From: Selaginella moellendorffii
Lineage: Eukaryota; Plantae; Lycopodiophyta
Direction of reading: 5' to 3'
DNA length: 64,000 bases
Assembly (NCBI RefSeq): GCF_000143415.4
Contig: NW_003314356.1
Location: 124,001-188,000, forward strand
In this document: positions 39,278 to 51,300 of the stretch, in pieces
Layout of the letters: every line of letters begins with the position of its first letter
Numbering within the stretch: the first letter of the stretch is position 1
Notes under the pieces: generated by a model
Database searches by the model: none
What the model was told of the DNA's origin: nothing
Seen by the model: only the letters and a program-made list of their open reading frames with translations
Position numbers and translations under genes: made by a program

Positions 39278-39562
39278 AGCATTGCCCCACATGAGTCCTG
39301 TGTATGAGCAATTTAAGCTACATTTCTAATATATTTTTGTATAGTCAAGAGTCGATATCTTCACATTGTGCATTGCTACATCTAGACCAGAGACCCTAAA
39401 TTGGAATGGTAACAGTGAAGCCTGGTCAATGCTGAGGTGGCAGTTGGCAGCCTAGAAACTTTTAAATAGGAGTTAGGTGATAGGAGTTGCAGGTTTTGGA
39501 AATGAGAATAACATGAGCGTTTTAGTCTGACCTTTTCAGAGTGGAGACACAGTGTCTCGGTG

Positions 39563-42500
39563 CTACTTTAAGCTGTCAAACATGGTTCTGTCTCTTACAT
39601 TCTTAAGATTCTTCATCAATAGCACAGGTACCACAATCACCTTGCTAGTATCCACTTTGGACCCTCTTCCTCTACACGGAGACAACTCATTCTTCTGGAT
39701 AATATGTCTTGTTTCCGATAACTCCCAAAACCGCTGTCCAAGTGAGTTGTTGACAGTTGGCAACATTTGAGGCTTGGAAGCAGATATAGTACTGCCAGAG
39801 TTGAAAATGCTGCCGAGAGTAGAGCAATTGAGGGAGCCATTTCCATGTCTTGGAGAAGTTGGAGGACCGCACATATTTTCAAAGTTCATGGCTGTTACTT
39901 TTATAGGAACCTTACCTGGTATGGCCGTAACATCTACTAAGCCACTTCCATCTAAAACTGGAAAGGACTCCTTGTTATTTCCAGTCGAGAATATATCTGC
40001 TTCTTCGCGTTCATCCTGGAACTGCAGTGTCAGAAAAGAAATAAATAAATAAAAATAAGAAGGTCAAACTCACTTCGAAAATTTCCTTTCCATCAAGATA
40101 TTGCAGCTGTCTCAACTTGTTAATTGCACCTATGCGATAAAACGGTTGCCTACTCATCTGCATTTTTCTAAAATTATAATTAATTCCTCAATTACGAATT
40201 TGTACCGGATTGTTTGCCAAGGACAGGTCCACAAGGTTTGGCATGCGAGTCAAGCAGTCAATGCTTGAAAGTCCACCAAGCCTATTAGATGTTAGGTAGT
40301 TAGAAGCCAAGTCCAAAGTTTCGAGAGATGTTAGATGCTCCATGTGACTAAGCGCACGCAGTACATTGTCGCTCAAATGTAGCACCTTGAGATTGTATAG
40401 TCCAGCAAACGAAGAAGGCTCAATTTCCTTTATACTGTTGTGGTCTAAAAAGAGTTTCTCCAGAAATAGCAATCCATCTAGTCCATCCAGCTGCATTTTG
40501 TTTTATTGAGCCATGCGTTATAAACAAAAGATTGACTGACCTTAGTTATTCTGTTGTCCTGCAAAGATAAACTTTTGAGATTTGCAAAGGTGTGGCGTAA
40601 TTGCAAGGAAAAAATACTACTGATCGCGTTCCTTGCCAGCTGCAAGCATTCAACGTTTTCAAGTCCAGTGTATGTGTAGCTCGTAACTTCGTGAGAGTGG
40701 CAACTGGTTATAATTTGTTGATCGCCAACAGAAGTGGAAGAACTATGAAAAACGGGTAACGAAATATCTAACAGCGGCCCATTCTCAATATTGTTGTTTT
40801 CAATGCGAAGCACAACAAGGTTTCTCAGAAACCTATAGTCCAGGTTTAGATGAAGAACACAATAAAAACGACTTACTGAAGACCATGTACGTGAGAAAGG
40901 AAGTTGTTGCTAAGATTCAGTTCAGTAAGTTCTTGAATATCTTTGTTTTCAAAAACATCTCCACAGTGTCGTAGACTTCTTCCAGACAAATCCAATACCT
41001 ACAGAACAAATGAACACTGAAGAACCAAACATTACATTGGCGACCACCTCTACTCCATTAAAAGAGCTTCGTCCTAAACGTTCTTCTAAGGATTCTCGCG
41101 TTAATCGACCTATATGTTTCTCCCGCGCTTGTGCTACTTCACTGCTGGTTACAATTCTTCCATCTAGCACCTGTATACAAAAACATATTTTGTGCGAAAT
41201 ACATGATGCTTTTACCTTAAGCTTTTTCATACTGTATATAGAGTAGGTCCTGTACTCTGAACATTGACATAAAGCATTGCCAGACAAGTCAACAACCATA
41301 AGCTTTGGAAGCTCCCGTATATGTAGGAGATCACGCATGTCAGAGATTTGATTGTTTGCCGCATACAGCTCCATCAGACATATTAACCCACTCAAGCCCT
41401 ATGAAGCATTATGTGAAATGTTGACATAGTATGATTATAATTGGGTACCTTTAAGGACTGGATATAGTTTCTCTCGATTGAAAGCTGAGTCAAGGCTCCA
41501 AAGCCGTGCAAATGAGCACAAGATGTAAGATAGTTTCTGCTAAGGTCTAGCTTCCAAAGGGATTGCAATGGAGGAATACCTTTGACCTTTGCAATTGACA
41601 TTTTGAAATCAAAACCATAAGTTTCTTCATTTTAGTGTCTACCTGTTCGATATGGTTGTTGTCCAGAATGAGCTCTTCTAACAATGTGCATGATTCTATG
41701 TCTTCAATGGTGGAAATGTCATTGTTGGACAGCAAAAGCCGTCGGAGATTTGGAAGCTTGCCAAAGGACTCCATCTTTTGAAGCTTTTGATCTTCCAGAT
41801 GCAACTCCTCAATCTCATCAAACCAGGCTTCATCCTGATCAAGTTCCTGAGCATTATGCAAGTGTTTTACCCTGTTAAGAATTCGAACTTTAGGTTCTAG
41901 CATCTGCCAGGGGTTATGTCCTGGCGTTTGGCCGCGAGTTTTGGCGAGGTCGTCATGGCCACCCAAAATCGTTGGAAAAGTAAACTTCCATTCAGAAAAA
42001 GAATTGGCGATGACATAAAATTGCTTAGCATAACTTTCATCCACACGCTCCTCTGTTTAACGATATAGTTAGGATAAGGTAGTCTTACAAAACACTGACC
42101 AGTGGAGATTGGCAAGCTATCTAGAATTAAAAGTGATGGTACATGTCTTGAAACCACTTGTCTGTATGAAAACTCTTCTTCTAGCGGATTGTTTCTCATG
42201 TTGAGGCTTTGCAGTCCGGGGACCTGTGAGTGAAACTATACTTAAAACCTCGTCAGAGCTACAAAGTTTTTACTTGTCCATGAAGAAGCTTCAAATCAGT
42301 CGAACACCATATCTCATTGCCTGTCAAGTCAAGTACTTTCAAGTNNNNNNNNNNNNNNNNNNNNNNNNNNNNNNNNNNNNNNNNNNNNNNNNNNNNNNNN
42401 NNNNNNNNNNNNNNNNNNNNNNNNNNNNNNNNNNNNNNNNNNNNTTTATACAATTAAAACTCAAATCCAGCTTTTCCAATGACGTGACACCTTCTAGTCC

Positions 42501-45304
42501 TTTGATTCTGGATATTTTGTTGAACGATAACTCTAGTACTTTTAGATGTACTAAACTCTTCAAGGCATCAATCTCGTCAATGTTGTAATTGTGAATGTTG
42601 AGATGTAAAACTTTAGAAAAATCGTGAACAGTATGATTTTTCAAAATCAAGTCGTTTGTTAGCAGAATCGATTTTTCAGAAAGTTTTATCCTCCGACTGC
42701 GTTGATGTCGTGGAGAATGATTTACAGTTATAGATCCCTTAGCTGCTACTGTTTGTATAGGATCAGTAAAAGGTATACATTTCCAAGAGCCTCTGTCTTT
42801 ATCTGATTCGCACTCAGATGTGAAAAGCATGCGCTTTTGTCTGGCTGATATTCTCTGCGTGATTTCTCCTCCGTTTTCGTTGTGGTAAGTATACTGAAAT
42901 TCGACCAGATATTCAGGCACTACAAGGGTGGACTCAAAGACAAACCACGACCGTTGTACGGGGTCAGATGGATGAAGTCTATAAACAGAATCAGCTCCCG
43001 GATAAGTGGACTTTTTCGCTGCAGGCGAGGCTAAATTGACTGCCATTACAAACTGGTTCATCATGTTAATGAACAATTTGTTGAGGGTAATAGTTACCAG
43101 TAAGATCCTGGACCGAGCAACCAAGGTAAGCTTTCACAACCAAAACCCAGCCTGGAGCCTTTATATTCCAAGGGGACTCTGTCTGCAACTGCTCAGCAAT
43201 CACCTGCTCAGAATCCAAGTCAAATAGATGAAAATTCATAAAGTTATTAACCTGAAGGCGGCGCACATCTGCTAAACCAATAGAATTTGAAAGTAAAACT
43301 GGCCCATGGCAGCCATGATTAGACTGTCCAGGCAAGTAGGGGAATCCCTCCTCCACAATGCACTGAAATTCATCTGCGCATTGCAACGTTTCCCCGTAAA
43401 GAAGGTACTCAACATGCTTCTTTCTAGATTTAACCACCTGAAATAATGAAGTGAACGCCATAAAACGGAAAAGAAGTCAGTCCCACCGAACCTTTCCTTC
43501 AAAGCTTTTCTCCCACCGGTCTTGGAGGAAGCGATTATGTATACGTATGACTTTCAGTACACGAACCCCAGTGATACCGAATGGAGAATAGTCCAGTAAT
43601 GAAAATCTTGAGGTCACTAAGTTGTCGCAGTTTTTAAACCAGACATCCCTTGGATTCCCTATTTCCATGCGAATGTTACCACCTAAGAAAAGAAGTGCGT
43701 TAGTGTGGGTGAAAACGGGAAGTAATTCAGCCGAAACCTGTGTCAAGCTCCAGCTTGAGCCAGTGTATTTTGCGCTCTACAGCAGCTCTTTCCTTGGCTC
43801 TGACAATGTGCATGTCCTCTCTTAGTGTATCCAGGCGTGCCATTACATGCGATATTTGATTCTCAAGAGTGGTAACCATGGATTTGGAATGATGCCACCA
43901 ATCTTGTCTTCTGGATTGCTCAAGCCCCACAAATGAAGTCTTAGTAGACCTGAAAGCTTCTTGAAACTCATGTGCCTGCTTCATTTGCTGCCTCAGATCC
44001 TTTTGATTTCTAAATAGCTTTGCAAGTGTTCTACAAGGAATATTGGCTTTTCAGGTCAATAGCTTGTGTCATGTAGCAAGAAAACTACTTACTTTTGAAG
44101 ACTTCTTGCACGTCTTGACTCACATTTCACAGACAGAGATGCAATATTCTCCCTATTGTGCTGCAAAGACTTTATGCACATATTATAGTAGACTCTCTTC
44201 CTGGTATAAGTAGCTTTCGCAGCCTGTTTGAGTTCCTCTGCCATATCCTGCGAATCCAGCATAATTAGCTGTTGCATACGGAAGAGGATATAAGTCTGCG
44301 AAAAAGCCAGGTAAATAACGATAAAATTGTAAGCAAAACATAAATCTACCTGATAATTATGAAGCAAAGCTATAGGACTACTACCCCAATTCGGGTCGGC
44401 AAAACGTAAATCCCTTAAAAACTTTAACCTTGTCAAGTTCCCAATCTCCTGCAGTTGTTTTCGATTTAAGTAAACATTTATATGCTGATTGGACGACTAA
44501 CCTTAAATGATCCTATCCCAGTGGCGGCAATATTAAGATGTTCCAGCAGTTTCAAATTTACAATATCTCCAAGCTGACTTATGGTGTTGCATGCGAGATT
44601 GAGCTCTCTTAGTCTCGCAAGATTTTCAAGCCCCTCCACTTTCTTAATCTGATTGTTTGCGAGCCAGAGAACTTCGAGACTAGAAAGGTGGGAGATGTTC
44701 CTAACTTGACTGATTTGGTTGCTATGCAAATAGAGTTCTTTGAGCCTAAAACAACCATCCAGGCCTTCAATCCTGCAGCCCGACCAAATTAATTTTTCTA
44801 GATGTATCATGTTAAAAAATTCTGAACCTTTGAATATGATTTTCATTAAGTCGAAGGACTTCCAGATAGGGACAATTGTGAAGCCCATGAATTCCCCCAA
44901 GATTTTGCTGAACCAGGGAAAGTGAGACAAGGTTTGGAAAGAAAGACATGCAGCAAATTCGAGGGAGGGTGTGCATAAACATTTCGACACTTTTGATAGT
45001 CTCTGGAGCAGATACCAATTGTTCCTCTGTAATGTCGTTGTATTCGCAGATATCCTGTAAAGCTGTTTGGAAAGAGATAGTTGAGAGTCTGAATCAAAAG
45101 AGCGGCGAGTTTTACACCTTGGCACTCGTCTGGAGAAACCATTCGCAAAATCTGCTTTAAGTCTCCCATGCTGGTCCACGAGAAATAATTTCACAGCAGC
45201 CTGCATTGTTCTTTGAGCATGGCAAACCTAATTTGCTCTGTAAATGGAAGTCTTGTCCCAATGGGTGAGCTTCGTTGAGAGCCAAAGCTTGAGAGTTCGT
45301 GCAT
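39563..45304 (-). CDS. LRRC9: Leucine-rich repeat-containing protein 9 (ciliary); many exons, spans a gap at 42345-42444
   Basis: N-terminal EMFMHTLPRI..MSFFPNLVSL, SDS22-type LRRs, DPNWGSSPIALLHNYQTY...LDS, KRVYYNM, GGNIRMEIG...WFKNCDNLVTSRF, RIHNRFL, WFVF...LVVPEYLVEFQY. A spliced 5' frame was reconstructed from the ATG at 45304. The 3' end is approximate. Confidence 0.85.
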
Positions 45305-45739
45305 GTCGAGCTGACTATAGTGTACCGATCATGAGCGAATAATCTAGAGACAGAGCAAGAANNNNNNNNNNNNNNNNNNNNNNNNNNNNNNNNNNNNNNN
45401 NNNNNNNNNNNNNNNNNNNNNNNNNNNNNNNNNNNNNNNNNNNNNNNNNNNNNNNNNNNNNCTGCTGTAAAATTTAGGGTAAGTGGAACAAGAGCAATGG
45501 AGCAGGCAACAGAGGAAACTTTAACTCATTGCTTCGCAGACTGGGTATACGACTTTAATGGAAACACGTGGTTTATAGTGTTTATAGGGAGCTGAGAAAG
45601 CTTCTCGTTTCTTAGAAATGGCAATCCAGGGGGTAGAATGCGCCCCACAAACTTCTAGGCCTCGTTCTCTCCATGCACACAGTCTGTTTTCCCCAAAGGT
45701 ATTACAGAACAAATTCCTTAGCATGTTCAGCAATGTGTG

Positions 45740-46860
45740 GATTGACTGAAGATTCCAACTGTGAAGAAGTTCAATTTGAAGAAGTTTTTGGCTGCCAGAG
45801 GAATTCCAGATGCAGAGGCTTTAATGGCCATTCTAATGGTTTTGAGTGATATAGGTCTTTGATGGTGGAATTGGCTTGAGGAATTTTGTGTTGCAGAGAA
45901 GAAACCACCAATATCTACTATAGATGAGTTTGAAGTTGCTTTTTATTTACATTTTACCCCTCATTATGATGTGAAGAATGCTTGCACAAAACTTTGACAT
46001 TTCTAGCAAAGGAAAATGAGCTTACTCACTTGATAAGCTGTGTTCCAATGAAGGATCCAGATCAAAACAAATCCTACTTCTTGATAGCCTTCATAGTGAG
46101 AGCATGAGGCAGCACTCATCATTCCCAACTTATAAAGAGTTTGAAATGACAAACACAAGGCTCCCAAGTGTTTGAGGAGTCCTTCAGTCAAGAATGATCG
46201 TAATAATCATTGTGGACACAAGGACAGGAACAAACATCACAAGTTGAAGTTTGTGATGACCATCGGATGCAAAAGGGTTGAAGAAGCAAAAGTTCTTTGT
46301 GAAGAATTATAGCCAAAGTTATCATCATTATGGCAAGCTTAGACACTACAAAATTGATTGTCCTCAGCTGAAAAACAAGAAACAAAGAAAAAAGAATGGC
46401 CAATCTTCTAATGAAGGCAAGTTAGATACGAAGAAGTTGCAATGTGAGGATAATGAGAAAGACTGTTTTGGTTAGAGGAAGACGCTTTCGATCATTGCTC
46501 ATCAACTAAATTATGTGTTGAAAAAGATGGAGTTCGAGGACACTCATGCATCAGCTTTAATGCTAGAGGGCATGTTTTATGGTAGTCCAATGTGGATTTT
46601 ATTGGATAGTGGAAGTGATGACATTTTGTTTCAGCAAAGTTTGTTGAGGAATATGGCCTGGTGACATGAGGAGTTCTTTTATACATGGTGGAAGGTGTAA
46701 CTACCCTTTTTTTAACAATTCGATGCTTCTGTAAAGTGGCTAAAAGTGTTGGTTGGCCAAACCACACTTGTGGAGATTTTATATATTGCAGACATCCATC
46801 GTGTGAATCTCAGTTTTGGGATGCCATGGTTGGTGAGGGTGGATCTGGAAATAAAAAGTG
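45740..46860 (+). mobile_element. Decayed gypsy gag-protease fragment
   Basis: LVGQTTLVEILYIADIHRVNLSFGMPWLVRVD matches ORF 5-637. Zinc-knuckle and LDSG remnants. Confidence 0.8.
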
Positions 46861-47740
46861 GTGTTACATGTGGGGGGACCCAAGAAAATTCTGGGTCCTC
46901 TCATGTTATATGCACCTCTTTTGGGCAATTGGAGCCTGGAATCCATTTGGGTCGACCTAGGAGAGCCCGGGGCCCCAATTCTGGGCCTAGGATCCTCCAA
47001 GTCAACCCTAGAGGAACCTTGGCCATACATGTGGCAACCTAAATTTGTTTTAGATCTGGTGGAAATGAGGCTGTGCTACAGCTAGTGCACCCAAGAAAAT
47101 TCATGAGAGATGGAATCACTACACCATCCCTCAAGAGGACAATCAGGTAGCTCAAGAGTGGTGCAACCATAAGCTACAAACTAAGTAAGCGTTAGAGAAT
47201 TTTTGTATTTGTATTCATGATGCATTTCTAAGAAAACTTGGCATCTCTAGCATCATTTTCAGTTCAGAATTCTTATTTGTTTGCAAGGCAGAGTCTTGGG
47301 GATGCCCTAGTGAGCTAAAATTTTCATTTCATTTAAGCTAAATTTTTCTTTTTAGGAAACACAATTAGACTTAGAACTCATGGAAACTCCACAAGTAAGT
47401 GCCTTAGAATTTGGATTGTGCTTCTAAAAACATGTTTAGTGTAGTTTATGTAGTAGTCACTTACTCAACAAAGTGTTTCCACCACCAAAACTTCTCTAAG
47501 TCCACAAGACCTATCTAATGTGAGTTTTTCAAGTTTAAATTTTGGTTTGAGTTTGCTTTTCCTTCTGCATTTCAGTTGACCTTGGTTCTTTCCTTATCTA
47601 TAGCTATGTCTCAGGAAATACAGCTACAAGTTGCCTCGACACCTCAACTTTCAATCTCTTAAATCCAGACTAGTGGAAGTGATTCAAAGTATTTTAAATA
47701 GAAGATTGCAGTTAGGAAGGAGAAGATATGGACACTAGAG

Positions 47741-48331
47741 TGTAAGTTATAAATTTTGCCTTTCCAATTTGCGAACTTACTCTTTTTATCTGACCACCAC
47801 TACCTTAGCTTTAGTTAAGTTTCCTTACCAAGGTTTCTACTTATTGTACTAGCTCGTACTTAGTTTTAGCTACTCATTACATGAGCAATGAAGTGTTAGC
47901 CATCCATCCATGAATTCTTAAATTCTCTCCTAATGCCCCTCCCCAGATTAGACTAGACTTAAGGTTCAAATACACTCTTCGCAAGCACAAATAGCCAAAC
48001 ACACTAAGCCTCTAAATTTCTAACCTCCCTTGGTACCACAAGACTTGATCCTGGGACCCTCTAATCCCAAGCCTAGAGGCATCACTTGTTTTGGGACCTT
48101 GAGGGGTGGCCTAACGGGCTGGTATGGGTACTCTATTCCCCCACTTCCATCCTAAAGGGAAGGCCCAAACCCCTAGGATGGGGCAAGGATAATTGAGCCA
48201 TATAATACTCAAGTGGGGCACCACTCCACATGAGCTAGGAGCACCATTGTCAGTTTTCCTTCCAAGAGTGGGAGCTGCTCTTAAGCACTTCCTTGGGTGT
48301 TGTCACTGGCACCATCTGAGTCTATGCTCAC
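47741..48331 (-). mobile_element. LTR (family C) 3' part, interrupted by the LARD; resumes at 55598-55983
   Basis: Begins TGTAAG...AAATTTT.CCTTTCCAATTTGC and is homologous to 62781-63169. 55598-55983 carries the reverse complement of the shared LTR promoter module and CCGAGA/T repeats. Confidence 0.75.
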
Positions 48332-51300
48332 TGTCGCGAATGTGACTTCGGGTATCGAAAGTTACCTGTCAGCTAGTCCTTACGGACACTCTTACCTTAC
48401 TGCCACGATGGCAGGAGGTCGGTATTGCTGGACCCTTTATCAGCCCCTCTTGTTCAAGTGTTAGTAAACTGGACTTTGCATCTGTACTTGGCCGGATGAG
48501 CATAAGGAAGGAATTCTTAAGTGTCTATTGAGCTGAGCATACTTGGCCCGGCTTGTTAGTTCTCTTTTGCTCTGTCTTGCACTGGCTTGACAAGAACCCT
48601 CGCGTATTGAGATTGGTCCCTTAATATCGCTACATGATAGCTTACCGTGTCTGCCAAACACCTTCGCTATCATGCCCTTTGTGTTAGTCTCATTTCGGTC
48701 CCAAATGCTATTTATGGAAAGTGTCCAGATTTGCTCATTTGGCATATCTGTGGAATGTAGAGATTGTCCTGAACACAATGGTGTTCTTCCCGTGCCCAAA
48801 TTCGCAATCTAGGGACATTCCATATTTAGTAAGTTTCGAGCTTGTCCCAGAGACTAACTCCTGATACTAAGGGAGGCTTGGGGTGAAAGCCCAAAGCGTG
48901 TGTTCCTCAAGGGGGGGGGGGCTGTGGGGGGTTCCAAATGTATAGTAGGGATAGTGGGTAGGTCGGGCATGGCCGACCAACCTGAGGCATAGTCTAGCTC
49001 CCGCTTGCGTGCCTGTCCTTGTTCTGCGTCCGGCTTGGGTCTAAGCCCAAGTTCCATTCCATGCTAGTTGGTGGAGTACCCATATCCTCGCGTTAGGCCA
49101 CCGGTATGCCGAAATAGCGCTAGACTCCGTTTGGCTCCGTTTTGCGTGCTGGTCCTGGCATTAGGATGCTGGTTACTCTAGGACTGTTCCAAGTCGCTTC
49201 GGGCCCCTGTCCCTTCGCTCCTTGGGCTGTATGCTCGGGAGTTGCTCCGTGGTCCGGTTCCATCACTCCCCTGCTCCACGCTTGGGAGTTTGGCACCGTT
49301 CCTTTGTTCAGTGGCCCAAGGCCCTGAACCTCAGGTTCCTATGGACACGTGGCATGGACACGTGGCATGTGACACGTGGCATCTGTCACGTGGCACAAAG
49401 AGGGTTTAGGTTCCGCTTCGTGGTGTTATCCTATGGTAAATTACCATAGGATAAAGGGTCAAAACCACGTGCGCTACATTTGGTATCAGAGAATGAGTCT
49501 CAGCGAGTACTATTCAATGAGATTGGGCAACTAGTCTTGTTGCATACGCAGAGATGAAAACGATGATCCGAGTGGGTACACGTTTTGGTGCAAAGGGTTC
49601 ACATTCGTTCCTTGGGTATGGTTTTGGTTACCTTTTGTACCTAACAATGTGAGCTTGCTCTTGGGCTCATAGGATGGATTTGAGATGCTCCGTTAGCACG
49701 AGTTTGAGCTTGGGCTCGTGAGTGAGGCATATTAGCAACTCAAGGTTACACTTTGAGTTGGCAGGATTAATGTTAGCCTATCGGTGGTCCCATGAGTTGT
49801 TCCATGTACGATGGATGAAAGCAAAACCTTTCCCTGGGTTTGCTATGAGTGGCAAATAGGCTGGTCCGTAGCTGTTTAGCACGGCACTAGTGGATCCTTC
49901 CTAGGCATGGTTACAAGTGGATCAGTCAAGACTGTAGGGATTAGTCTATTGGTTCAAGTAATCATTGCCGTGCTCTCTCATAAACTTTTCTTGGATTGGA
50001 CTGAAGGCAGTGCGAAAGCAAGCTTGAGGTGTAGTCAAAAGATAAGACCGAAAAGAGAGTCGTCGGGGACGAAGGATCAAACACGTAAATCATTTTCTTT
50101 TCTTGAAGAAATGATTTGCAATGAGGTGTTGACTCATTGCTCGTATTCACATTATGCAATCAAGAATCCCTATCTTGATGCATGATAATTATGATGGTCT
50201 TACAAGTGGTGAGTTATGGGATGGATAGCGGTGAAACGCTAAACCATTGTGGCTAAGCTCGCTATTGGAAGACTTGGGTTACAATGCTCAATTCTTTTCC
50301 GGGGAACCTAGCTATTGCTCCTTGAGTAGCTTGGTGTTGGGTTAAGTTTTGAGTTTGATCGGATAGCGAGTGGCATGAGCTTGTCTGTGTTGTGAACAAA
50401 AGTTAGTGGTGTTGGGTGTTGTAAATCTCTATCGGTAGAGTGTGGCATTTATGTTGCATTCTGTCAAGTTGAGTTGGCACTTGATATTCATGTAAACTTT
50501 TGAAGTAATGACATTGGCATTGTTCGTGGTGTTGCTCAATTGATGATCAAGTCATTGTGATACTTATATCATATCCATGTGATAATGAGCAATGTGTTTA
50601 CGAAATTGCTTGGTTAAACGATGATCAACCCTAAAGTGGTTGATGGTGAAGCTAGTCTACTTGCAAGTAGTAGCATTGTAGTAGCTTTGACGGGATTCTC
50701 GATAGTGGTCCATTATGCTAAGCTTAAGTTGGTATGTTGTTTCCTTGAGTTTGCCCACTAAGGTGTTGGAAAAGGGTTGTAACATTTAGTTGCTATAGCT
50801 CATTAGTTGATCCGTTAACACTTGGAGTAGATTATTGGATGGAGAAGATGTATAGTTGGGGCATTGACATCACTAGCACTTGTGTTAGTGGAAGTGGCAT
50901 TGTTACTTCGAGTGATAAGGAATTTTCCTTAGAGCTTGATTTTTCTATGTCATTTTTCTTGTTAGTGTTTTAGCTTCACATTGGATCTTGAAAGTGGTTG
51001 AAGAAGAGTGTTAGTGCAATATGGATATCCGAAGATGTGGTCTTCGTGATCAAGTCTTGGATGTTCTATTTGCATTTTACGGATATCGTGTTGGATGTCG
51101 AAAGAATGGGCAAAAAGATGTTCGAGGCTTAAGCATACTATAGGTCATGAGAATTTGTGTTGAGGTGAGTCTATGTGAAGTTGTAAGTAGGAGGAAGTTG
51201 GTTGAGTTTTGAAAATTTGCATTCCTAGATTGAAAGTCATTCTTTCTCTAGGATTGGAAGATTTTCCACAAATTTTCTTAGACTTTTCCAATGGCTGATC

